64,000 bases of DNA from the human T2T-CHM13v2.0 reference genome, Homo sapiens, in NCBI RefSeq assembly GCF_009914755.1, contig NC_060928.1. One strand, written 5' to 3'. Below are positions 40,113 to 52,795 of the stretch, one piece after another (the stretch's first letter is position 1; every line of letters begins with the position of its first letter). Below the pieces are notes generated by a model. That model made no database searches. It worked only from the letters and a program-made list of their open reading frames with translations, and had not been told where the DNA came from. A program made the position numbers and the translations under genes.

Positions 40113-41996
40113 AAAAGGGGAGTGAGCAAATGAATAAATACATATAAATACAAAATGTGATAAGCATTCTGGAGGAGATGCACTGTCTATTTTGGCAGTG
40201 GGTGGAGAAGGATGCTCTGGGGAGGAGATGGTGGAGATGTGGATTGAAGACGGGAAGGTGGCTCCTGAAGATCTGGGGAAGATCATGCCGAGTGGAGGGA
40301 GGGGCCAGCAGAGGTCCTACAGGTGAAAGGATTGGGCCAAAGTCTACAACAGGGGCCAATCTGTCCAGACACCTGAAGGAGGCAGAGAGGAATGGGGTGA
40401 GGTAGCAAATGTGAGCAGGGCCAATGAAGCAGCCTCTTGTAGATCATGGAGAGGGGTTTGCAGTTGAAGAAAACCACTTTGGGCTGCTATGCAGCAGTTG
40501 AGGTGATCAATTTGCATTTCACAGAGGTCACTGCTCTTTGGAGAAAAGCCTGGAGGGTGTAGGAGAGGATGCAGCAGGCTGTTGGGGCAGTCCAGGGAGG
40601 AGGCAATGGTTGTTTAGGGGGGCTCAGATCACGGCAGGTGAGATGAAAGGAAGGGTCTGAATTTGGAGACAATTGCTCCATTGAGGTAAAGCTTTCAAGG
40701 TAAGCATTGCACATACACAATCACTTAGCAAGCCGACCCAACCAAGCAGCCCAGGGTGACAAAGCCACAAAGCCAAGGCCAACTCAAGTCTGAATCTCTC
40801 CAGACCTTTCACCGTTATCACCCCACTATGATGCCAGCAAGGCTTGCACTCCAACAAATCAAAAACAACTCGGAATGGAGCGTCCCCTCACCTCCCACTA
40901 CACTGTGAGCCCCTCTGATCAGGCACTATCTCCATTTGTCTGGCATTTCCCACAGAGTAGATACTCCATCAATATTTACTTACATAAGTTAAATGCTCAA
41001 AAGTTGATTTTGACAAGATTTGATATGCTGTTCACTACAAAAATATTAGACTCTATATCTTAAAGGTATCTATTGAACTGTGTGAGAATAATGGTTACAC
41101 ACTGAAATGTAATGAAACCAGCCTTTGGTTCTGCAAAATATTTCATTGTCAGAAAGTGTTTGTGTCACACACTCAGTTGGTCCTGCAGCTAACACCACTG
41201 GGAATCAGTTCACAGCAATTCTGAAGCCTGAACAGGGTTAGGTGATGATGTTTCACTTTCTGTGTCTTTCCTAGGTGTGTTTTTGGAAGCACCTGTGGAT
41301 AACTCAGTACTTCTGAGGCTGGTACAATGGAATGCGGTACATCAATGTACAATGCAGTAGAACACTGACAAATTGCCTCCTGGTACATCTCTTTGTTTCT
41401 TCAGGGCTTGAGGCCATGACTTGTTTATTGGTTAAGACTCCTGATCCTAGCACAGTGCTGAACACATACCAGGTGCTCTGTAAGTGTTTGCAGGATTGAT
41501 GAAAGAACAAATAATTAGGATGCCAGGGAATTCATGGTACATTGATATCAGATCCTCTCTTTCACTAGGCCTTCAGACCAAGCCCTAAGCAACCATGAGG
41601 AGCCTGCACAGCTCCATTGTACACAGGTGTGTTCACTCCCATTATCTCCCTTGATCTTCCCAACCAGAGAAGGTGGTAAAGCATAGTGGACTGGAGCTTG
41701 GGCTTTGGTGTTAGTAAGATCAGGTTTAAGTCCTATCTCAGCTAAATCTTTCTAGAACGGAATTCTCTCACCTGTAAAGTGAGTAGGAGCTTGCTACTGG
41801 GGATATTTGTGAGCATGAAATGAACTACTAAATGCAAACACTTAATATAAGTCTTGTACATGAAGGGCACTCAATAGGTGTTAGATACTATAATAATAAT
41901 AATCAAGACTCCTCTCCATTATATCCCCCATTTTATGATGAGTTAGCTGAAGCTAAGAGAAGGGGAGTAATATATGCAAGGTTTCTTAGCAAGAAG

Positions 41997-42077
41997 TGAT
42001 GGTGATGAAGAAGATGATGATGGTAATGATGATGACGATGGTGCTTCTGTAGCTGCTGGTGAAGATGATGATGGTAA
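41997..42077. repeat. Degenerate (GAT)n triplet repeat
   Basis: gatggtgatgaagaagatgatgatggtaatgatgatgacgatgg... Confidence 0.8.
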
Positions 42078-42108
42078 CTGTGGCAGGCATTATGAAAAGC
42101 ATTTTACA

Positions 42109-43782
42109 AGGTCTCTACAAGGAGAACTACAAACCACTGCTTAAAGAAATCATAGATGGCACAAACAAATGGAAAAACATTCCATGCTCATTGATAAAAA
42201 GAACTAATATTGTTAAAATTGCCCACAGCAATTTATGAATTCAATGTTATTCCCATTAAACTACCATTGACATTCTTCACAGAGCCATAAAAAACCGTTT
42301 TAAAATTCATGTGGAACCAAAAAAGAGACTGAATAGCCAAGGCAATGCTAAGCAAAAAGAACAAAGCTGGGGGCATCATACTACCTGACTTAAAACAATA
42401 CTACAGAATTATAGTAACCAAAACAGCATGGTACTGGTACAAGAACACATATATAGACCAATGGAACAAAATAGAGAACCCAGAAATAAGACTGTGCACC
42501 TACAACTATCTGATCTTTGACACACCTGACAAAAACAAGCAATGGGGAAAGGACTGTATTCAATAAATGTTGTTGGGATAAATGGCTAGCCATTTGCAGA
42601 AGATTGAAACTGGACTCCTCCCTTACACCATATACAAAAATACACTCAAGATGGATTAAATACTTAAATGTAAAACCCAAAACTATAGAAACCCTGGAAG
42701 ACAACCTAGGCAATACCATTCGGCAAATAGGCACAGGCAAAGATTTCATGACGAGAACACCAAAAGCAATTGCAACAAAAGCAAAAATTGACAAATGGGA
42801 TCCAATTAAACTAAAGAGCTTTTGCACAACAAAAGAAACTATCAACAGAGTAAACAGACAACCTATAGAATGGGAGAAATTTTTGCAAACTATGCATCTG
42901 ACAAAGATCCAGCATCTATATGAAACTTAAACAAATTTACAAGAATAAAACCCATTAAAAAGCAGGCAAAGGACATGAACACTTTTCAAAAGAAGACATA
43001 CATGTGGTTAAAAATCATATGAAGAAAAGCTCAATATCACTGATCATTAGAGAAATGTAAATCAAAACCACAATGAGATACCATCTCACAACAGTCATAA
43101 TGCCTATTACTAAAAACTAAAAAAATAACAGATACTGGCTGGGTTGTGGAGAAAAAGGAACATTTATACACTGTTCGTGGGAGTGTAAATTAGTTCAACC
43201 ATTATGGAAGACAGTGTGGCCGTTCCTCAAAGACCTAAAGACAGAACTACTATTCGACCCAGCAATCTCATTACCAGGTATATACCCAAAGGAATACAAA
43301 TACAAAGATACATGCATGTGTATGTTCATTGCAGCATTATTCACAATAGGAAAGACATGGAATCATCCTAGATGCCCATCAATGATAGACTGGATAAAGA
43401 AAATGTGGTATATATACACTATGGAATACTATGCAGCCATAAAAAAAGAATGAGATCATGTCCTTTGCAGGGACATGGATGGAACTGGAGGCCATTATCC
43501 TAGCAAACTAAATGCAGGAACAGAAAACCAAATATTACATTTTCTCACTTATAAATGGGAGCTAAATGATGAGAACAAATGGACACATAGAGCGGAACAA
43601 CACACACTGGGGCTTACTGGAGGGTGGGAAAACAGAGAGGATCAGGAAAAATATTAATAACAAATAGGTACTAGGCTTGGTACCTGGGTGATGAAATAAT
43701 CTGCATAACAAACCCTTATGAAACACATTTACCTATGTAACAAACCTGCACATGTACCCCGAACTTAAAAATAAAAGTTTAA
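42109..43782 (+). mobile_element. 5'-truncated L1PA (about PA14-16-like), 1.7 kb
   Basis: ORF2 remnants ([34 protein letters not shown]). TSD aaaagca(t/c)tttaca at 42095-42108 and 43783-43796. Confidence 0.88.
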
Positions 43783-44538
43783 AAAAGCACTTTACATATA
43801 TTATCTTATTTAATTATCACTATGATATGATAGTTACTGCTATTATTTTTCCATTTACTTTACAAAGAAACTTAGGCTTGTGGAAGGTAAGTAATTTTTT
43901 CAAGAGCACATCACCAGTAAGCTGCAAACTCAGTGACTCTGGGTAACTCCACAGCATGAGTTTTAACTACTCCCTTGGGCCCCAAGCAAGTCTAAGATAC
44001 TAACAAAACTTAAAATACTTGAAAAGAACTTAGCTATCTTCATAGTTTTATCTGAATGCTCTCCCAAACCCTGCAATTCATTTATCTCTCTTACTGAAGG
44101 CCTTGGTGGCCTGATTTCCTAAGAGTCTTTTAAGGTCTCTTTCTTCCAATCCAAGGTAAAATGAGAAAGAATGGGGTTTGATAAAGAAACAGAATGCATT
44201 TCAGGCAGGCCTTCTTTTATTTTTATTTTGTTTTTAAGAATGAAAATAGTTTTATTGTTTTTTTCTGACTTTCATGAATAATATTTGCTCATGTAAAATA
44301 ATTTTTTAAAGCATGCAACATGACAAAGTATAAAAAGGAAACAAAAATTACCTCTAAGCCTTCCACCTAGAGATGATCTCCATTTGTATTTTGGTATTTA
44401 GCTTTGATGTTAAATGTTCTGTGAAGAAGATTGGGGCTACTTGGGATATTTGTCTTTTAGGTGTTTGCCTTTTTCTACCTAGAACCCTGAGGAAATTGTT
44501 CTTTATCTTTGAAATTCATTAACTATGATGTTTTTGGT

Positions 44539-44901
44539 TGTATTAGTCCATTTTTGCACTGCTATAAAGATATACCTGACACTGAGTAATTTATAAAGAA
44601 TAAAGATTTAATTGACTCAGAGTTCCAAATGGCTGCGGAGGCCTCAGGAAACTTACAATCGTGGAGGAAGGCAAAGGGGAAGCAAGACACGTCTTACCAT
44701 ATCAAAAGAGGACAGAGAGAAAGCAGGGGAAACTTCCACTTTGAAACCATTAGATCTTGTGAGAACTCCCTCTCTATCACAAGAACAGCATGGGGGAACT
44801 ACTCCCATGATTCAATCACCTCCTACAAGTCCCTCCCCTGACATGTGGGGATTACAATTCGAGATGAGATTTGGGTAGGGACACAGAACCAAATCATATT
44901 C
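44539..44901 (-). mobile_element. THE1D/MSTA-like solo LTR
   Basis: tgtattagtcc...ggcctcaggaaacttacaatc...gagatgagatttgggtagggacacagaaccaaatcatat. Confidence 0.85.
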
Positions 44902-46616
44902 TGGTGTTGATTTTCCTATAGCAACTTTTTGTAGAACATAGCATATCCCTTTGAGCTGCAGATCCACTCTTCATTTACTTCTTATGTTATACCTTTGAAA
45001 ATGTCTTATTTTCTACATGTTGGATTCTTTGCTTTAGAGACACCCATTATCCTTGTGTTGGATCAGCTTTGTTTCCCTTTCCTATTGGCCATCTCGTGAG
45101 CGACTTTGTTCTCTTGTTTTCTGCATAGATATTGTATGCTCTGGGAAATCTCTCTCTTCCTTCTTCTCTCCCTTTCTTTCCTTTCTTCTTTGTTCTAGTT
45201 TCCCAGGTTGGCTCTTTCCCTGTGCATTGTCCTCCATTTCTCTTATCCTTATTGCAGTGAGCTACTTTGTCCAGATTGCCACCTGCTGTGATATGATGGA
45301 AGACCGATCTTTGACACCTTTTCTTTTTATCTTCTAGTTTATCTTGGCTTTCACATCACAGTTTGAGATCTGAGTACTAACTTTCAGTAAGTTTTCAATA
45401 AATTATGGGAAAATGTGGCAGGGGTGGGGTGGGTAGAAAAATTGGTTAGGGGTGTCAGCAGCCCTTTATGGAGGATCTGGGTTCTTCTCTCTCTCTTCTT
45501 AGATTTTGTAAAGTGACATGCACCGGAACCCATTCCATGTTGTCAGGGGCATATTCTACTCCAGTGGCCTTTAACTGGTTTCCTCAAATTAGGACATAGT
45601 CTTAGGAAGTGGCAATCCCCAGGACCCTTTGAGAGGGCTGTTTGGGGGGAAGGTATCTTCTTGATCTTTCTCTGCAATTGCTGACTCACCTGCTCACTCT
45701 GTCTCCCCCATAAAATCAAGGTGGTAGCAAGAGTTCTTAGGGTTCATAAAATCTCCTTCTCTGGTCAGTGCTGTTTTCTAAAGAGTGGAGACAGAATCTC
45801 CTATGCTAGAATTATCCTTTATTGGCTGCTAGTTTTCTAGGTATGTGATATATTTCCTTGTTTGGTTACTGCTGGCCATTTTTTTTCAATCTGTGTAAAG
45901 GTTTGCTTTGTTGGTATTGTTATTGATTTTAACGACTCTTTTCCTGCTCATTTTCTTAGGTATTTGCAGGAGGAAGGTTCTGTAACAAGTCTATACATGA
46001 CCATATTTACCTAAAATCCCTTGATTATTAGCTTTTCAAAGGTAAGTTATTGGTATTTCTTGTGGTAGGTGTGTAGGTGCTGCTCATCTGAAAATCATAT
46101 GCTTCAAAATTAAAGAGCAGGTGAAAACAATCCCTTCTTACAAAGGATTTTGCCAAGAGAGTGCCTTCTTTAAAATTCTGTGGTTTGCGACCTTTACTTT
46201 TGTGGACTTTTTTATTCATAAAAATACTTGGCACACCTTATCTCATCAAATCTTTCTTCATGACCAAACTATGAATTATGAATTGTAATTACAGATTCGG
46301 AAACTGAAATTTCAGGGAATAGAGGGCCTCGCCCAGTTACTAGTCCTGCTTGTGACTGGAAGAGATAGGACATGAAGTTGGGTCTTCTGACCATGTCCTT
46401 TTGATGGCACCTCTCATTTCAAAAGAACAGAAAGATGGGGAAGGTGTCATGTCTGTATCCAATGTGTCTTGCACAGGGTACTCTTCATATCACAGTACTC
46501 AATATATGTTGCCCAACAGTCCAATATAGCTTAAACTTTGAAAATTAGCCCCAAATAATTATGTATGTGGGTCCACTCATCTTGTTATCTTATTAGAGTC
46601 TTCTTTGCTATCTTGT

Positions 46617-47050
46617 TTGAGTATCCTATTCTGGATTGCCCCAGAAGCAGACCCTGAGAAGCAGTTTATGTGCCAGTTGATCCCAGGAAATGCAGGGAAG
46701 AGTGCAGGGAGGTGAAAGAGGTGGATAAGGGCTATGTTATTAGCAACACCACCATGGGAAGTCACATCTTAATCCAACTGGGACCCTCGGGAAACTGTGG
46801 AAAACACATCTCAGAGTTACCCAGTCTGAGGGGTAGGAGGGCTGGATTATTTATCCACCATGTCTCATCAGTCACTCATTGAGTGTTATACTTTGAGCAG
46901 TGCTTTTGGCCTGCCACAATGTGGGCTGAGAGAGCTGGGGAAGTCCTCAAGCAAAAAGCCACATACGGGAGCAGTTGTAGGTCTGTCTGAGAATCACAAA
47001 GGGGTGTGGACAAAGGGATTTGGGGAAGATAACAAGAATCTTTGCTATGC
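46617..47050 (-). mobile_element. LTR33-like ERVL LTR
   Basis: ccccagaagcagaccctgaga...gggaccctcgggaaactgtggaaaacacatctcagagtt...ttatttatccacca. Confidence 0.55.
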
Positions 47051-47180
47051 CATCTATTCCTTAAGTGTTTAACTTCTCATTGACTATTGCAATAATCAGG
47101 TAGCCATTACTAATAACAACAGTGAAGAAAATGTTTATATCATATACACCTAAGTACTAGTTTCAGGAGTTGGGGTATAA

Positions 47181-47330
47181 CACTAGCATTAAGAACATGG
47201 GGTGGAGGTCCCACACTCTAATTAGGAGCATGGAGTGGGGGTCTTATGCTAAAGTTAGGGGCCTGGGGTGAGGGTGTAACACTATAGTTAGGGGCCTGGG
47301 TGGGGGTCTGATACTATAGTTTGGAGCATG
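47181..47330. repeat. Degenerate 33-bp G-rich minisatellite (~4.6 copies)
   Basis: Units start at 47181, 47214, 47247, 47280 and 47312. Consensus about cactatagttaggrgcmtggggtgggggtctta. Confidence 0.8.
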
Positions 47331-47938
47331 CTGCTTGAATCAGACCATCTGGGTTAGAGTCTTGGCTCTGCCACTTGCAGGCTCTATGTGACCTTGGGCA
47401 CATTAGTTCACCTTTCTGGCTCGACTTTCCTCCTCTGTAAAGCAAGGACAATGGAATTGATTTTATGGGGTCATTGCAAAGCTTAAAGGACCTAATGCAG
47501 AGAATACACATTGAATTGTGTCTGAGGTGTGATGAACACTCAATAGCTTTTAATGATGATTATTATTATTCAGAAGAAGCATGTTCCAGGAGAATATTCA
47601 TCCTGTGATCTGAGTAAGCTTCCTGGCTCCTGGATCCCATGGACACTGAGCCACACTTGTTGACTAACTGTTTTTCCTGAGTGGGTGGTTTGCCCACCAA
47701 TTTGCTTTGGCAGAAAAGGCCTTCCCCAATAACATATAGTGGCTCTTGCCTTAGTAGCACATGCACTGTGGAAAAGGAAACCAGATTTGAATCCATGCAT
47801 TTGAGGCATAGAATCCTATGATACTGCCTAGGACTCTAGGTAAAATAAAAACTCTTATTTTACAGATTAGGAAAATGAAGCTCAGAGAGGGAAATGTATT
47901 TGCTCAAGGTAATGAAACTTGGTGGAAGAGCCAGATTT

Positions 47939-47941
<3 letters not shown>

Positions 47942-47974
<33 letters not shown>
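47942..47974. repeat. Pure A33 tract inside a MIR
   Basis: 33 uninterrupted A between gagccagatttagt and gtccttctgactcc. Confidence 0.95.
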
Positions 47975-47978
<4 letters not shown>

Positions 47979-48754
47979 TTCTGACTCCTTTCTTTACAGA
48001 ATAACAAGAGGTGATATGGATTGAGGTATATGTCCCTCACCTTGAATTTATTTTATTCCCCTCTTTCTTTCTCTCCATCTCTCCTTCCCCCACTCATTTT
48101 TCTCCCTTCTTGCCAGGAAAATAGAAAATACGTGCTGATTAATTGAGTATTCTACGTAAAGAATTGCCAAGTAATTTAAAAAATTCTGTAGATATCCTAA
48201 AAATATTCCTAATAATTTTGAGACATTATCTACTTCATTAGTAATGCCATTATTTTTCCTTCAGAAATGTTCATAAGCAAAGAAATATTCTTCCCCCTCA
48301 TTGGTAAATTCCTAATAGTTATACTTAGTTATGTTCAAGTGAAAAGGAATTGAATTATGCACGTTCTTCATATGAGACTTACTTTTTGAAAACTGACTTT
48401 TCCTCCAGATCTCCGTTCTCTGTGAATCTGTGCTACAGCTCAGCTGGTCTAACAACCAAGCTGTCTTGTGGCGACAGCGCCCTGGTGTCTACAGTGAGGA
48501 ACAATCTGCTACCTTTCTTTCTCCAGAGATAAACCTGATATAAATTCCCATCACTTTACCTACTAGCTATGTGACCACATGTATCTATGGTTCTCAGTTT
48601 TCTCATCTATAAAATGAAGATAACAATAGTTCCTACTTAGTTTTGTTTTATGCATTAAATGAGACTGTGCTTAGCAATGCACACCTGTGGTATTTCTGTA
48701 AAGCCAGCTTTGTTATTTCTGCTTCCAGCAATGTTTCCTACATATTATCTTTAG

Positions 48755-49523
<769 letters not shown>

Positions 49524-50509
49524 CTGATCATCAATTTCTAAAGCCCTTCAAAATGCCTATAAACCCCCTTAGAAATTTCCTTAAGTGTATCCATATGTCA
49601 CTTAATCCTTTAAATAAATTTTCCGTTAAGCACCATGTTTAAAAATAGCTCTTTTCTTTTATTGAAATACAGTCATTTTGAAAACTCTTCACGGGCATTC
49701 TGTTTTGTTTATGTAAATAGACTTAATCTTGTTCATCCATTCGTTCATCCATTTCCATCCGACATTTACATGTCAAGTCCTGTGCTAGGCAATTGCAGAC
49801 TCTACTAGTTGATGTAAGAACTATCTTGGGAGGCAGTTATTCTAACTCCATTTAACGGTGAAGAAGTTGCGACCCAGAGTAGAGAGTGACTTGCTCAAGG
49901 TGGCACGAGCAGTAAATGATAGACTTGGCTCCGAATCCAAGAGATCCGGACCCAGGTAAGAGACTCTCTCCTCTGCCCTTTCTCTAGGAGAGACATTTGA
50001 GAATTTGAAAATGCACAGGCTCCCAAACACATGTGTTCCATGACAACAGCCAAGATATATCAGCAAATAGAACTCATGCCCTGCAGCATGTTGGAAAGGG
50101 TGGGACTGGAGTGCACACAGGAAGCTCCTCCCCTCACAGGATGTATGCCAGGTCTGTCCTCTCATTTCTGAGAGGAGCTTAGACACCCACCTGCTCAGGC
50201 ATGTGCTTCCTAGGTAGGGAGGCAGGGGAGGCTGCTGAGCAACTAGGGATGAGGAGGTATAGCAGATGCTTCCTGGGGTCTCCTTGCAGAGCCTTGACTC
50301 ACCCTGACTCTCAGTGGGCTCCTCTGGCTCTGCTGACCACCAGGTGAGAGGCTTTGGTCCTTCTCTAGACCTCAGTTTCCTTGCCTATAATCTCATTTAA
50401 TGAGCTATTTAAAATCTCAGTAAAGTCGAAACCTTGATAGTGCTTACTTGGCACATGGCAAATTATTACCATGTGGAGGTAGCCAGGCTAGTAGCTAAGA
50501 CCATTGGCA

Positions 50510-50750
50510 CTAACTCTTGCCCAAGTAACCAGAGAAAGCTCAATTGTAATTTCATTTTTACATAAAAGAAATAAAGTGCACACCCAAACTTTTCCTTAAT
50601 TCATATTTATTAAAATTATTCCAGTGGAACCACTATCATCAATTTCTAAAGCCCCCCCAAATGCCTAGAAATCTCCTTAAAAATCTCCACAAGTGTGTCC
50701 ATATGTCACTTAATCCTTTAGATATATTTTCTCTTAGTCACCAGGTTTAA
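50510..50750 (+). repeat. Second copy of a ~240-bp local duplication (first copy 48780-49642)
   Basis: Shared blocks ctaactcttgccca, cttttccttaattcatatttattaaaattattcca, atcatcaatttctaaagccc, tccatatgtcacttaatccttta. Confidence 0.85.
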
Positions 50751-50923
50751 CCCAGTTTAAATTCCCACCTCTCCACTTCCAAGCTGTGTAACCACAGGTA
50801 AGTCGTATCTCTGGCTCTCCATTTTCTTGTACATAAAATGAGGACAGAACAGGAGTTCCTGCCTCTTAGGTCTGTACTGGGGATTAAATGAGATAATGCT
50901 TAGCAACATGTTTAATGTGTGGC

Positions 50924-51289
50924 TGTATTAGTCCGTTTTCACACTGCTGTGAAGAACTACCTGAGACTGGGTAATTTATGAAGAAAAGAGGCTTAATTGA
51001 CTTACAGTTCTGCACGGCTGGAGAAGCCTGAGGAAACTTATGATCATGGTGGAAAGGGAAGGGGAAGCAAGTATATCTTACTGTGGTGGAGCAGGGGAGA
51101 GAAAGTGAAGGCGGAGATGTCATACACTTTTAAACCATCAGATCTCATGAGAACTCACTCACTATCATGAGAACAGCATAAAAGAAACCACCTCCGTGAT
51201 CCAATCACCTCCAACCAGGTCCCTCCCCTGACACATGGGAATTACAATTTGACATGAGATTTGGGTGGGCACACAGAGCCAAACCATAT
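50924..51289 (-). mobile_element. THE1D/MSTA-like solo LTR
   Basis: tgtattagtccgttttcacactgct...aaaccatcagatctcatgagaactcactcactatcatgagaacagc...cacagagccaaaccatat. Confidence 0.85.
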
Positions 51290-52457
51290 TGGCAAAGGCC
51301 CAATCAATATCAATGATTACGGCGATTCCTCTTCTGCCTGTCATTAATCCCCTCAGTGTTTGCTGGGAACGGACTACGTGCCAGGAACCCATGCTGGGGC
51401 ATCAATGGTGGCAGAAAGCTGATTCAACTTCTGCCTTCAAGGAGCCGTCAGCATCTGAGGTCCACTGAGTCAAGAAAACCAGCCCTGAGCACAAGATTAA
51501 CGTTCTCCTTCATTGGGCAGTAATAATAAAAATAGTTAAAATTTATTGAGCACTTTCTATGTGTTCTTGAAAGGTTTTCCCTTTGTAGGGTTTCTAATTA
51601 TTTTAGAAAAGGAGTGATAAAATGTCATCAGATATGGCATCAGACATTGTTGATCTTGGGCAAGGAAGATCAAATTATCAGGAGTCACTGGTCTGAACTG
51701 AAAGAGCAAAGGAATTTTCCTCCTGTTGTATCCAGAGACACTGCAAAAGTTAGAGGCAGAAAATATCTTAGGGACCCCCTAGGCCAGCCCCAACCCAATA
51801 TTTCAGGTGGGGAAACTGAGGCTAGAGAGGTGGAGTGAGACTCCCAGTGTTTCAGAGGAGTAGGATCCAGGACTTCCAAACTAGCCTGATTGACTGCTCT
51901 ACTGTGTCCTCCCTAGGAATTCCTGGTGCCCACCCATGCTTAGACTGTTCCCACTGCTGGAAATGCCCCCGAGCTTTGGAAAGATTTCAAGGCACACAAG
52001 GATATGGGTAATTTACTTCACATGAGCTTGGCTCCCAGTATAGGATAAAGAAGCAATGGCGCCTTTTTCCCCTTCTACACAGCCCAACCAGGTAGCCAGC
52101 ATAAGTAACTACACAAGCCTGTGGTCTCACCACATGGGATGTGTTTTCTAAAAAAAAAAAAAAAAAATGGAAAGGAGACTTCTCCAGGAATGGGCATGAG
52201 ACATGAGCATGTATTAATTAGGCAAAAGGGGCAGGTCCCTCCACCACTACCTTATTCTCGATCACAGCCTCATGTTTATTTATTTCCATGGATTGCATCA
52301 TCATCTTTGCATTTATCTTTTGCTTGTTCATTGTGCTCCTCGAGGGCAGGCATTTTGTCTCTTTTTCTCCCTGTTGCTTGCCCCATAGCCAATCATGTCT
52401 GTCTCTTGGGTGCTTGACAGATGTTTGCTGAATGTGCAGATGAAGGGAAAATGATGA

Positions 52458-52795
<338 letters not shown>

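Noticed and set aside
47181-47330. CRISPR-like array
   Set aside because: Contiguous diverged tandem units without unique spacers, in primate DNA with no cas genes.
48470-48490. REST (RE1) or CTCF site at gcgacagcgccctggtg
   Set aside because: Only an imperfect RE1 right half-site with no left half, and a poor CTCF core match.
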